64,000 nucleotides of DNA from Octopus sinensis (taxonomy: Eukaryota): NCBI RefSeq assembly GCF_006345805.1, contig NC_042998.1:1488001-1552000 (forward strand), read 5' to 3'. Position numbers and translations under genes: made by a program. Below, piece by piece: positions 11,933 to 24,854 of this stretch. The notes under the pieces are model-generated. The model made no database searches. It was not told the DNA's origin and worked only from the letters and a program-made list of their open reading frames with translations. The stretch's first letter is position 1. Each line of letters starts with the position of its first letter.

Positions 11933-12010
<78 letters not shown>
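11525..12010 (+). mobile_element. SINE family A 3' half followed by a ~290-bp (GATA)n/(GA)n microsatellite
   Basis: ttgacaaccgg..tttacgtccccgt.acttag...cggtgccccagcatggccgcaatcaaatgactgaaacaagtaaaa, then (GATA)n. Confidence 0.8.
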
Positions 12011-12012
<2 letters not shown>

Positions 12013-12469
12013 GCAATAGCAACAGACTTCAGGGTGTGCTATAAGCGGGTGGTTGTGTGGTTGATGCTAATTCTAATTCTGACATAAGTGGAATAAATGA
12101 GATAATTACGACGGGAAACGGAACCTTGAGTCGTTCGTCTCGGAACCGAACCACCTACTCGCTGGCGCTCTTAACCCACCCTCACAGAGCCACACCAACC
12201 GGAAGCAGTTAAGCAAACAGTAGTAACAACAACATCATTATAAGGTAACAGCTGCATTAGATTCACCACTAGGAAATATAACAACCACGACAACGGCAAC
12301 ACCAGATGCATTTCAACATCGTCAATATCGACCACAAACACTTAAGTAAACAGAAACAGCAGCCACAAATAACGACTTCCAGACTAATGACATCAACGAC
12401 AACAACAACAGCAGCAACAGTAACAACAGCAACAATAAAGCAAACAACAGGAACAACAACAACTGCTGA

Positions 12470-12720
12470 CTCAGTACAAGATGCTGGTTCAGCCAACACT
12501 AAAGTACTGCTTGCATGTCTGGAACAGTGCGCTAACCACACACAGACACATAGGAACAGAAGCACATTATGAATGGTCATCTGGTCGATATATAAGTATT
12601 TTCTTGTCAATATTCTACAAACATTTTTCTACGGTAAAACGCAACCCCTCCATGTCTTTTTTGAGAGTGTCATAATGTTCTCAGCTCCATTAGAATTTCT
12701 GATCACCCATTATCTTTCAC
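12470..12720 (+). pseudogene. Very degraded LINE RT C-terminal fragment (CR1/L2/Jockey group)
   Basis: QYKMLVQPTLKYCLHVWNSA resembles the LYKSLVRPHLEYCSHVW motif, followed by LSIFYKHF (cf. LSLFYRYF). Confidence 0.4.
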
Positions 12721-12986
12721 GATAGTTGCCAACTTCTTATCTGGTTGTCAATTCTACTTTAGCTCACCTGATAAGAAGCACTACGCAATACATTCAATCT
12801 TTCTTCAGAAAACTCTGTTATTCTAGGGCAGCAGTTCTTCTGCTGGGAGATAGCACCCTCTTGACGTTAGGTGCTCCCAAGCGGGTGGAAAATGTCAAGG
12901 AGGGAAAAAATGGGGGTACTAGATGTTTGGAAAAGGTGTGATTTTTCTTAGAAATAAGATATTTAAACCAAGTACAATGCTTATGT

Positions 12987-13275
12987 GGAGGCGCAATGGC
13001 CCAGTGGTTAGGGCAGCGGACTCGCGGTCGTAGGATTGCGGTTTCGATTCCCAGACCAGGCGTTGTGAGTGTTTATTGAGCGAAAACACCTAAAGCTCCA
13101 CGAGGTTCCGGCAGGTGGTGGTGGCTATCCCTGCTGTACTCTTTCGCCAAAACTTTCTCTCACTCTTCTTCTGTTAGCCAGTGGGGTGGCGTCTTTTGAA
13201 GGCTAAAACAATGCAAAGTGCTTTGTGACCAGCGATGTGTAGCAACATCTGATAGCCTGGTCGGTCAAGGTGACG
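12987..13275 (+). mobile_element. SINE family C (tRNA-derived head); second copy at 60072-60370
   Basis: A-box-like tggcccagtgg and B-box-like ggtttcgattcc. Long collinear match to 60072-60370 (gagcgaaaacacctaaagctccacga...ctgatagcctgg). Confidence 0.85.
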
Positions 13276-14328
13276 ATGACAATGCTTATATTTAAAAGAA
13301 TTTTTTTTGTCTAGTTTAGAATATAAATTGAACATTGTGTTATCATCGAGCAGAGACATGTGGAGAAACCTTCCTAACCGTCAAACATCTCACTGAACAA
13401 CATAGATTCGCCTAGAACACAAAAGTTATTTCCAATTTCCTCACAATCTTCACAGCACACATAAAAGATGCACATTTGTACAAAAGAAAGATACAGGAAC
13501 AATGGTTAAAAAAAAAGTCAATGCATGATGTATTCTTCACACACAGAAATATTTCTGATAACTCGTTTGAACGTCATCTGAGAACGATAGTCGTTACGAA
13601 TCATCACAAAATGGGCTCTGAAATACTTATAAAAGAGTCTTGTAGAGTTTACTCACACAAACATCAGTAATTAATACTCTAAAAAAAGTGTATGACTTTA
13701 CAGGAAACATAGCAATGACAACGATGACAACGCTGACAATGAGAACTTGAAATACATTATTATCTCCCTTCCCATGTCACAGTTCCTCACGGAATACATT
13801 TTAAAATAAACACATACACACACAAACCACTTTGCAAAAATGACACAAAAAATGACTAAAAATTCTATAATACGACATTAGTAATCTTAATAGCAGAACT
13901 CCAAACATCCAATATTCCTAAAATACCCAATCCAGAATAGAATGTTCCTTTCACAATATGTGCAGTGGGGTCATATAACAACAAAAAGAATTGAATTCAA
14001 TATATAGATATTTCAAAATACGTTCTTAAACTAACTACGAAACGATGATACTCTGGAATGGCAGGCTTTCATGATGTAAACGACCAATACGAAGCACAAG
14101 TTATATATATATATATATATAGTGAGAATTTACAAAAAAAAACAAAGCCGGGTGTGTAAACAGCAAACATGTATTAGTTAAACGCTCGGGAAGTGAGAAG
14201 GTCTCTTATGGTTTCGAGTCTACGCTCTTCAACAGAAAGGAACACAGAAATAAACAGGGAGAGAAAATAAAATGGGGAGAGGAAATAAAAATAGGGAGAA
14301 AAATAAAAAGGGAGAGAAAATAAAATAA

Positions 14329-14397
<69 letters not shown>

Positions 14398-15820
14398 TCA
14401 CTTTTATCTTACTGTTCCCTCAAAACCTTAGTCATTAGAGAAGGCCTCAATGCACTCAACACATTCTGGTTTTTGAATTAATGCAGATTTCAAAATAGGT
14501 AATGTAATATCTTCACAAGTACACTTCCTTTTACATTATCACCGATCCACAACACGTAATCCACTCCAACACCAAATAACCTACAGCTCTGTTCCAGGTA
14601 TCAATTTTTGCTCAATTTATCACAAACATTTGGCAAAAATAATTCATCAACTTTCTTCAGACTATCTACTAATTACCAACAATACAAACTCAGTGAAGGA
14701 AATAAAATCACTTTTATGAACTGAAGGGAAAAAAAAACACTGTGGAATGACTTTTCAGAATTCAAAGATACAATCATTATCGAACATTCATTCGAGGAAA
14801 TAAGTATCGATGCATCCAAAAATATAAACTTGCAAAGGAACATAAGAGATAGAAATCCAGTCACACTCCAGAAACACGTAGACATAAAAACGGGAGACTG
14901 TCTCAAATATAATACATCAAAAGCACATATGAGTGAATTAGATCTCAGCATCAAACAACTAATAAATGGAAACAGCAAAAATATACAGGAAACTGGTAAC
15001 CATTTAAATCAACACTTGCAGTATTAACATCAACGATCAGCACAACCCATGTCTCAGTAATTTCAACTAATATATCCACACTGCAACACTAAGTAGGAGT
15101 CCTTATCAAATATATCTCGAAAAATGAATTACTAAAAACCACACAAACAAAACAAAAACGCAGAACAAATGAAATTTACTTTCAACCTAAACCGCAATGT
15201 TTACCCTTCCTTTTTCCTTCTCATGAAATAACAAGAAAATACTAACATCCCAAAGGAATCACTGAGCCCACCGACATCTTCAGTCATGCGTAGCAACTCA
15301 TTCAAATTCCCAGTTTCTGGAAGCAGAGTAAAATTATAACATATCTAAAACTCATCAAAAACTCGAGTGAATTAATAGTCTGTTCACACATCCACCCGCC
15401 TAGTAGACCTGCATAAGTCCTGGAAAAGTTTGTCGCTAACTTCCAACCTGCACATCTTAATGTGCCTCTCTTCAAATCACAACACAGACCGAGAGAGTAG
15501 AATTCAATCACCACAAAACTCACGAACACAGAAATAAACGACGTCTTCAAGCGCAGTCGTCTTCCACACGTTAACCAACCATTAAACATCAGCGAAATTG
15601 CTTTTCACTTTAACCCAAGATCATACAAAAAAGATAAAAAAAAGCAACTCTTTCTTGATGGAGAGCGCAAGATGATAGGCAATTTAGCAACCACACCTTG
15701 TATCTGGCAGACTGGATGTGCAGATCTCACTGACTGCAACAACACAAACATCGATTTCAGGCACACAAAAATACATGGACATCCCTCTGTGTAGGTGTGT
15801 GTGTATGTGTCTATGTGTGT

Positions 15821-15859
<39 letters not shown>

Positions 15860-16919
15860 TGTGCGTACATTCATATATACATAAATACATATACGCATAT
15901 ATATACACAACCCTCACTACAATCAATAAGCGCAATCTACAAACTGAAAGCTTATTCCATGTCAACACAGATTTCTTCAATTCTAACAAAGCAAAATATA
16001 CAGGCATCTACATCTAACGTCTGCTTGGTTTCTCTCTCTCTCTTACACACACACACACTCACACACTCACTCTCTCTATCTCTGTCTCTCTCTCTCTTTC
16101 CTTGTATATGAGTGTGTGTGTGTGTGTGTGTGTGTGTTTCATATACCGTTACTGCTATGAGGCCTAATACTTTTTCAACATGTTTCCATTGAAGGTTTTA
16201 TTGATATGTCTTCATTTGTGGATACCCGCTGCTTCTTAATTTTATTTTAAAAATTACTGGAATTCTCGTATTATTAATATTTTGATACTGTTTTAAGTGA
16301 GTTAAAATGCGACCGGTTAATGTTTTTTTTTAGGGTGGGGGGTTGCCTTTGCTTACCATGCGGCAACAACACAAGTACGATTCTTAAATCGACTTAACTG
16401 ACGATACACTATCCGCCAAAAACAAAATGAAAAAGTAAATTTGTAACCTTCTGCCCATGTTAGAAATTAATATAATGCTGCTGTAATTATTGTTGCATTC
16501 GTCAGCATTATCATCATCATCATCAGCAGCAGCATCATCATCATCATCATCCTCATAATTACCCTCCTCATCATCATCCTCATAATCACCCTCCTCCTCA
16601 TCATCATGCCATGACTAGGCTACACGAGTTCGTGAATCTGCAACTACCACATGTCTCGATTCTGCGACACCTGTTCTGTGAGAAGTCCAATATGGTAAGT
16701 TTTTTTTTTATTTATATAAGTTGGTCACACATTTGCACACCCACGTAGCCTAAAAAGAACGGTGCAGCTTGCTGGGAGCGGGGTGCCCACACCTGAACAG
16801 CTATAGCCTACTATTTGCAGGGAAAACATTGGTGAAGAGAGAAGAATTTGTATTCTAGCAGAGAACTTAACTCCTCTAAAGATCCCCAAAGAACAGGTGG
16901 CAGTGTTTAACAGACTCTT

Positions 16920-16998
16920 AGTCATAGTCTTAATATCAGTCATAGTCTTAATATCAGTCATAGTCTTAATATCAGTCATAGTCTTAATATCAGTCATA
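16920..16998. repeat. 18-bp minisatellite (agtcatagtcttaatatc) x4.4
   Basis: Perfect units are visible; translates as the DIKTMT repeat in ORF 16725..17048. Confidence 0.95.
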
Positions 16999-17279
16999 AC
17001 CTTAGTCTTATTTCCTCCTGTACAGTTTTCTTGTTCATTGGGCAACAAGACGTCTGCAGCCGTCCAAGAATTTGGACCTGGAGATCTCTATTTCCAGCGA
17101 CTTCGAGGGCCACCTCCCAGTGGTGTCGGTCGTCAACGAAAAGCCCTTGATTACAACAAGACAACCAAAGCTTTTTTTTCCCAATGTCTGGGGTCTCCTG
17201 CCCCTAAGCCCTAGACCATCGCCTAATCCCCCTTACCCGTCTTGTTACTTAACAACAACAACAGACGTCTGCAATAACC

Positions 17280-17400
17280 CTGATGGCCTGTATCTTTCCA
17301 TGTGATGTTAAGTTGCTTCAGCTTTTCTTCGAAGGTGGCGCGACATGTTTTCTTGGGTGTTCCTTTCTTCGTCCTTCGAAATCACTGTTTCTCAACCATT
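17280..17400 (-). pseudogene. RTE/RTE-X LINE 3'-end fragment
   Basis: Minus strand reads ..RRKGTPKKTCRATFEEKLKQLNITWKD, matching the GRPKxTWRRT..L..L..TW C-terminal motif. Confidence 0.55.
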
Positions 17401-17562
17401 TTCTTTTTACTTGCGGATCCCCTTGATTCCTATTTCACTCTGTTGGATCCGCCCCTACCTGCCATTTGATGCTTAAAATATCCTACTATATTAATCAAAT
17501 GCCATTAGGAATAGTATAAACAAAATTGTTAAAATATTTTGTGTATTGTAGAAATATAGCCA

Positions 17563-17634
17563 ATTTATTGTACATAGTGGTAAGTATTCCCGCCTGTCAT
17601 GCGGGAGATCGGGGTTCGATTCCCCGCCGGGGAG
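17563..17634 (+). pseudogene. tRNA-Asp(GTC) pseudogene with the 5' acceptor strand lost
   Basis: atagtggtaagtattcccgcctgtcatgcgggagatcggggttcgattccccgccggggag closely matches eukaryotic tRNA-Asp. The anticodon stem cccgc/gcggg with GTC and the T-arm are intact. The first ~11 nt do not match TCCTCGTTAGT and cannot pair with the 3' end. Confidence 0.85.
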
Positions 17635-17889
17635 ACGTTACCGCTGCCTTTATTTCTTTCAATGGCGGTGCTCCAGCATGGCCATAGTCATTGGACTGAA
17701 ACATATAAGAGAATAGACCCACCAAGGATCATAAGGACCCCGATTGAGAACCATTGCTCTAGTGGAACCTATATTGTAGACTTGTACTTGTGACGGCGTT
17801 CACCCAGGGCGGGTTGAGCTGGCTTCTTCTCTGAGTAGGATTCATAGAAGAAGTTTCGTGGGAATATTGAATTCACAAGCGGTCCTCGA

Positions 17890-18130
17890 CATCTCCATGC
17901 ATATCCCGAGTGACGGGACGCCCTGTTTGCCGCGGAAACTCCACAGACTTAGGGACAGAACAACCTCGAAACCGCCGGTTGCCGATCAGACGCCTCTTGG
18001 AATTTTCACCAGATTGCGGCCCCAATACCGCTCGGTGCCAGACCAATCCACCTTGGGTGGCCCTACCAGGAACCGGAGTTCCCGACAGCATAGCTCTGAC
18101 ACTGCCCGTTTACACCACCCTACAGCTTTG
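17890..18130 (+). mobile_element. Possible RTE-type LINE 5'-region remnant
   Basis: The GC-rich ccctaccagga..ttcccgacagcatagctct..accac motif resembles invertebrate RTE 5' regions; recognition is from memory only. Confidence 0.3.
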
Positions 18131-18139
18131 AGGAGGGGT

Positions 18140-18305
18140 TAGACTTTAGGGAGGCTATAGTGTAGCTAGCTTACTTATTCGTCCTTCTGGCAGCCGGAAA
18201 ATATGACCTGCTAGTCTCACCCTTCTTTCCACCAAAATCTCCTGTATGCTGCGCAGATTGGCTTTTCTCAGGATTTGTAATTTTGTCCTGTTCAACCGAG
18301 TGACT
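18140..18305 (-). pseudogene. RTE-X-like LINE RT C-terminal fragment
   Basis: ILRKANLRSIQEILVERRVRLAGHIFRLPEGRISKLA on the minus strand. Confidence 0.65.
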
Positions 18306-18758
18306 TGGCTGAAGTACCACATAAAACTATGTCGTCGAAATACCGCATCTTTCTTAGTGTGTTAGTATTTTGGCTCGCCGGTCACATACCAAGTGGTAGT
18401 GCCTTTTCACTTCAGCGTATACATATAAAACACACACACATACACACGCATACAAAAACACATTCACACACCCAAAAAACGCGTAGCATATGTGTGGTTT
18501 GGTAAATATATATGTCTAATTAAGTTTTGATAATATTTGAAATGGTTTAATTAGATGTGTAAACACATTTTACAGCATTCCAAAGAAAACAAAGAGAAAA
18601 ATACTACGTTTTAGTAAGAGAAAAAAGATACGGGAAATAAATTCCTAATGAATAAATTATTAAAATTATTAGTGGAGGAGAGTTAATAGAGCCCCGAGGA
18701 AATTTTCGGTTGTGTGCGTGTGTGAATCTGTGTGCGTGTTCATACACGTGTGTGTATA

Positions 18759-18831
<73 letters not shown>

Positions 18832-19254
18832 ATATATATATATGCATAAATATAAGATATATATATATATATATATACATGCATAGTTGATTTCATACGT
18901 ACATATATAGATACATACCTGCACGCATATATATATATATATATATAATATATATATACATATATACTTACATATATACATGCATACATACATAACATTA
19001 TATGTCCGTCGGCAGTCATGCAAATGGGTTTTTAAAAACTATTAATACAAACAGTCTGTGAGTCTGGGGATGAGGAAGAGGGGTTTAAGACCCAAAAGCT
19101 ACCCTTCCTCATGAGCTGGAAAGTAACAGGGCGTCAACCCTCTGTCTACTTCCATTTCTATCGCATATCGTTGATTTTAATGGAATTGAAAAGAAGTACT
19201 CAATACCACATTGTAGTGCTATACTTCATACAACCTACTTCTGTAACAAGAACA

Positions 19255-19545
19255 ACTCGTCCAGATATAAGGACAAGCTGAAGAGTAACCTCTCAGAAGT
19301 CAATATAGCTTACAATACTTTTCAGCAAAGAACCTTGAAGCGAACAAAATGGAGATCGTCGTATCAAAATGGTGTTAGAGACTTTGCTCCATCCACCATT
19401 AACAGGCTTAGTGGTGTGAGGCAAAAGAGAAACGCGGCTTCAAATATACCGTCTGCACTGATCCGTAATCCTCATACGTGCAACATTTGTGGGTTTCTTC
19501 GCAAATCATGGGCGATTGTCACATTTGAGGTAAGCATTATGACTA
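19255..19545 (+). pseudogene. RTE-BovB-like LINE 3' fragment
   Basis: RYKDKLKSNL...TKWRSSYQNGVRDF...RQKR...HTCNICGF..S..GRLSHLR, including the C-terminal CxxC...H knuckle remnant. Confidence 0.7.
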
Positions 19546-19596
19546 ACAAAGCATAGGTTGTCGGATCCACATACGTCGAAACCGACGAGAGAATCC

Positions 19597-19599
<3 letters not shown>

Positions 19600-19688
<89 letters not shown>

Positions 19689-20130
19689 TGTGTGTGTGTG
19701 TGTGTTCTATTCAAAATGGAACATGAAATGATTAACGAAGAAAGAACGAATGACAAAGAAATCAGCCGTGGAAAGTCAAACTACAAGCACAGTTTCAGTG
19801 CTTATCTGGTTGCGCAGTAATGTATGTACATATATGTATGTTTATATATGTATGTATATGCGTGTGTGCATGTATATGTATGTATGTATGTATGTATGTA
19901 TGCATGTATGTATGCATGCATGTATATGTATGTATGCATGTATGTATGTATGTATGTATGTATGTATGTATGTATGTATGCATGTATGCATGTATATTTA
20001 TGTATGCATGTATGTATGTATGCATGCATGCATGCATGCATGTATGTATGCATGTATGTATGTATGCATGTATGCATGTATGTATGTATGTATGTATGTA
20101 TGTTATGTATGTATGTATGTATGTATGTAT
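19600..20130. repeat. (TG)n (~19600-19705) and (ATGT/ATGC)n (~19820-20130) microsatellites
   Basis: Directly visible. Confidence 0.95.
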
Positions 20131-21290
20131 GATCATCCAGTCATTTCATGATGGCATGATGACTCGAATCGTGGAAAACGGAGATGTCTCTGATCCATTC
20201 CCGGTCTCCAATGGTGTGAATCAAGGCTGCGTGATGGCTCCCACACACTCTTCAGCCTCATGTTTGCCACCATGCTCTTCCTTGCCCTGTCAAAGTCTGA
20301 TGCTGGTGTCACTATTTGCTACAGATGTGACAGCCGATTCTTTGACCTCAGCCGTCTGAAGGCAAAGTCCTGAACGCCCTAGTGCAGCATTGAATGTTTG
20401 CAGCATTGAATGAACCAGATCTGCAAGAACTTGCTACTTATCTTGCAGAAGCAGAAAAAGCCTTCGGACTGACCATTAGCCTGTGAAAAACTGAAGTGAT
20501 GCTTCAGTCTGCACTTAGCCTGACACCTCTGAGCCTCAGATTGAGATTGAGGGCACGACTCTGAACAACGGGGAAAGCTTTACAACCTGGGAAGCTGCCT
20601 GACCTCAAACTGCAGCATGGACAAAGATGTCTCCATGAGGCTTACAAAAGCAGGAGCTCCGTTTGGTAGACTTTGGACACGTGTGTGGGCCAAACGAGGC
20701 ATCAGACTTCCACCAAGCTGGTAGTCTATGGGGAAGTCGTCATCTCTCTCTGCTCTACGGCTGTGGGACGTGGACGCTGTATAGGAGGCAAAGGCGAGTA
20801 CTTGACCAGTTCCACCTCCGCTGCTTGCGACGAATCATGGGAATTTCCTGGGAGGACAGAGTCTCCGACACTGAGGTGCCCTCATCATGAAGGCCCAGCT
20901 CCAGTGGGTCGGACATGTAGCCCGAATGGATGATCTTCTTCTCTGAGCTGGCTTCTGGAGCAAGAAACCCTGGAAGGCCACTGAGGCAATACAAGGGCAG
21001 CCTGAAAACTTCCCTTGAGGCCTGTGGCATTTCAGCCCATGGCTGGGAATTGCTTGCCTCTGACCGCGGCACCTGGTGTCCAGCTGTCCAAAAGGGTGTT
21101 AGGTTGTTCAAGGAAAAGTGCCTGAAGAGCCTGGACCAGAAGCGACAAGGCCGAAAAGAGAGGATCCACAACTCTACTTCTGCTGTTACGTGCCCAACAT
21201 GTGGCCGCGTCTGCGCGTCCGCCTTTGGGTTCCGCTTCCACCTCCGGCGTCACTGCGTCATTGTCGAACCCCGACAAACTTCCATTATTC
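20131..21290 (+). mobile_element. 5'-truncated RTE-BovB-like LINE (RT 3' half and C-terminal zinc knuckle), frameshifted
   Basis: FHDGM...NGVNQGCVMAPT; AFGLTISL*KTEVM; [43 protein letters not shown]; QLQWVGHVARM; ASDRGTW; TCPTCGRVCASAFG...HLRRH. Confidence 0.92.
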
Positions 21291-21291
21291 A

Positions 21292-21472
21292 TTATGTATG
21301 TATGTATGTATGTATGTATGTATGTATGTATGTATGTATGTATGTACGTACGTACTTACGTATGTATGTATGTACTTACGTATGTATGTATGTATGTATG
21401 TATGTATGTGTGTATGTATGTGTGTATGTATGTATGTATGTGTGTATGTATGTGTGTACGTATGTATGTATG

Positions 21473-21506
<34 letters not shown>

Positions 21507-22520
21507 TGTATGTATGTACGTACGTACGTACGTACTTACGTACGTATGTATGTATGTATGTATGTATGTATGTACGTACGTACGTACGTACGTACTTACG
21601 TATGTATGTATGTATGTATGTGTGTATATGCATGTATGTATGCATGTATGTATGTATGTATGTACGTACGTACGTATGTATGTATGTATGTATGTATGTA
21701 TGAATGTATGTATGCCTGCATGTATGTATGTATGTACGTACGTGCGTACGTATGTATGTATGTATGTATGTATGTATGTATGTATGAATGTATGTATGTA
21801 TGTATGTGAAGTATATTATGTATGTATGTATGAAGTCTGATGTATGTATGTATGTATGTATGTATTTATGTATGTATAATGTATGTATGTATGTATGTAT
21901 TATGTAGAATGTATGACATTATGTATGGTATGTATGAATGTATGTATGTATGTATGTAGGTATGATGTATGTATGGATGTATGTATGTATGTATGAATAT
22001 GATGTAAGTATGTATGTATGTATGTATGTATTATGTATGAATGTATGTATGTATGTATGTTATGTATGTATGTATGTATGTATGTAGTATATGTATGTAT
22101 GTATGTATGTATATGTATGTATGTAGGTGTATGTAGTATATGTTGTATGTATGTATGTATGTATGTATGTATGTATGTATGTTGTATGTATGTATGTATG
22201 TATGTGTGTAGTATGTAAGTTGTATGTATGTATGTATGTATGTATGTATGTATGTATGAATGTATGTATGTATGTATGTATTATGTATGTATGTATGTAT
22301 GTATGTATGTATGTATGTATGTATGTATGTATGTATGTATGTGCATGTATGTATGTATGTATTGTATATTATGTATGTATGTATGTATGTATGTATTTAG
22401 ATGTATGTATGTATGTATGCATGTATGTATGTTATGTATGTATGAATGTATGTATGTATGAATGTATGTATGTAATGTATGTAGCATGTATGTGTATGTA
22501 GTATGTATGTATGTATGTGT
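21292..22520. repeat. ~1.2 kb degenerate (ATGT)n microsatellite
   Basis: Directly visible; begins right after the LINE 3' end. Confidence 0.95.
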
Positions 22521-23382
22521 GTGTGTATAAATTATAAAAGATGCTGAAAGAGAAAGTCAGGAAAATTCGAAATTGGAAAATGAAATAAAATTATGAAAAA
22601 GTCGTTAATAGTGACGGAATGTGGCAGCGCGACAATTAGGGGAAGTCTCTAAAACGGAGTGGTACTTCAGTAATTGACATAATCGGATTTGCCTTCTAGA
22701 AAACTGATTCCATCATCTGGAGTGAAATCCCTGTCGGCAAGTAAATACAGCACTAATTTGTTTCCTCTGCAATAAACTACACACAACACAGACATTAGAC
22801 ATTGCCCCCCTTTCGCTCCCGATTTGTCTTCTAATTCCATTTCTCATAGAAATACACATAAAGAATCATAGATGCAAGCATAAGCTCACACACACACACA
22901 TACAATTGCACAAACATGTATGTATGGATATGCATGTGTATGCATGTGTGTGTATATAAATGTATTCAGCACACAATATTACCGAATCTGTATATATATA
23001 TATATACACACACAGGCAAACAAACACACATCCTCTCTCCTTCTCTTTCTAACTCTTTCTCACTCTCTTTGTATGTATGTATTTATCAATGTATGCACGT
23101 ATATACACTAGTATGCACATACATATGCATAATTTGTGTGCGCGTGTGTGCGCACGTGCGCTCGTGCGTGTGTGTGCGTGCATGTGTGTATGTGTGTATG
23201 TTATATATATATGTGTGTGTGTGTGCGTGTGTGCGGGTGTGAGTTTATATATATATTCACATATATATTTATATTTAACTAATATATATATATATATATA
23301 ATTTATATATATATATATATGTATGTATGTATATATATTATGTATATATATATATATATATATTAGGTATATATAATATATG

Positions 23383-23425
<43 letters not shown>

Positions 23426-23462
23426 ATATATAATATATGTCTACTATATATATATATCTATA

Positions 23463-23530
<68 letters not shown>

Positions 23531-23860
23531 CTATGTATACGTATATTTATATATATATACGTACGTATGAACTTACTTGATTTCGCCCTACAGGACGCTC
23601 ACATTTCCAGCTGTCAACTGAACCTCTCACTGCACTTACGGCTTCTTCCAAAAGTATCTCTCCATCCAGCCGAGACGTACAGAATTCCTTTCCCTGATCC
23701 AGGCAGCCAAAGCACCAAACGAGTGCTGCACTCTCTACGCCAACCATTTCGTAACTATTTTGATTCTTGACTTGTTCAGTACCTGTTGCCCTCTCCTATC
23801 AACATATTCTTTCATACTTTTGCATTGTACATGATTATTTTCTCCATGTATATATACGTA

Positions 23861-24008
23861 TGGTAAGTAGCTTGCTTACCAACCACATGGTTCCGGGTTC
23901 AGTCCCACTGCGTGGCACCCTGGGGCAAGTGTCTGCTACTATAGCCTTGGATCGACCAAAGCCTTGTGAGTGGATTTGGTAGACGGAAACTGAAAGAAGC
24001 CCGTCATG
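23861..24008 (+). mobile_element. SINE family A head
   Basis: tggtaagtagcttgcttaccaaccacatggttccgggttcagtcccactgcgtggcacc..gggcaagtgtc...gaaactgaaagaagcccgtc. Confidence 0.9.
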
Positions 24009-24022
24009 TATACGTATATGTA

Positions 24023-24069
<47 letters not shown>

Positions 24070-24605
24070 CTGTCAAACAAAAGAACAAATGTTATGTAGA
24101 ATTGCATAGAATTGGCAGTCTTTGGAAACCTCGGACATTTTTCGGTCTAATTAGATCTCCTCTTCGTATCTCCATTGATATTTCGGAAATTACCTCCCTT
24201 TCGCTCATGATTTTTCTTCTAATTCCATTTGTAATATCAATTTAGAATTATTTTTCTGATCACCAATTTAATGCAGCCTCTGTGAGTGTATGCGCGTGCG
24301 AGTGTGTGTGTGTGTGTGTGTTTCTGTGTGTCTGTGTATGAGCGTGTGTGCGTGCCTGTGTGTCTGAGTATGTAAGTGTATTGTATTTGTGTGTGTGTGT
24401 GTATGTAACGTATTAAACTTTTAAAATATCTTTGCGTGTGGGAGTATATCTAAGTAGTCTTAATATTTGGATTCGTTTGCATGAATGTATGTTTGTGTAT
24501 ATATACCACCGTGGTTATTAGGTTGCACTCGTAAGTGTATGGCTTTGGGAGTTCACACGCGTGATTAATTGGGCGTGTAGAAAGATATCACTGGTATAAT
24601 CATGT

Positions 24606-24648
<43 letters not shown>

Positions 24649-24724
24649 TTGTGTGTGTGTGTTTGTGTATATATAATATATATATACATAATGACATACT
24701 ATATATATATACATGTATATATAT

Positions 24725-24767
<43 letters not shown>

Positions 24768-24778
24768 ATATATATATT

Positions 24779-24817
<39 letters not shown>

Positions 24818-24854
24818 GATATATATATATATATATATATAATATATAATATTA

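Noticed and set aside
12269-12610. Thr/Gln-rich mucin-like or Val-rich transmembrane ORFs
   Set aside because: Produced by a degenerate (CAA/CAG)n repeat next to a LINE relic; no splice or start context.
17563-17634. Functional tRNA-Asp gene
   Set aside because: The 5' acceptor strand and part of the A box are lost, and there is no oligo-T terminator.
23547-23830. Unique-looking ORFs with two GTAAGT motifs on the minus strand
   Set aside because: No good acceptor and no recognisable protein; possibly a decayed LINE end, but not supportable.
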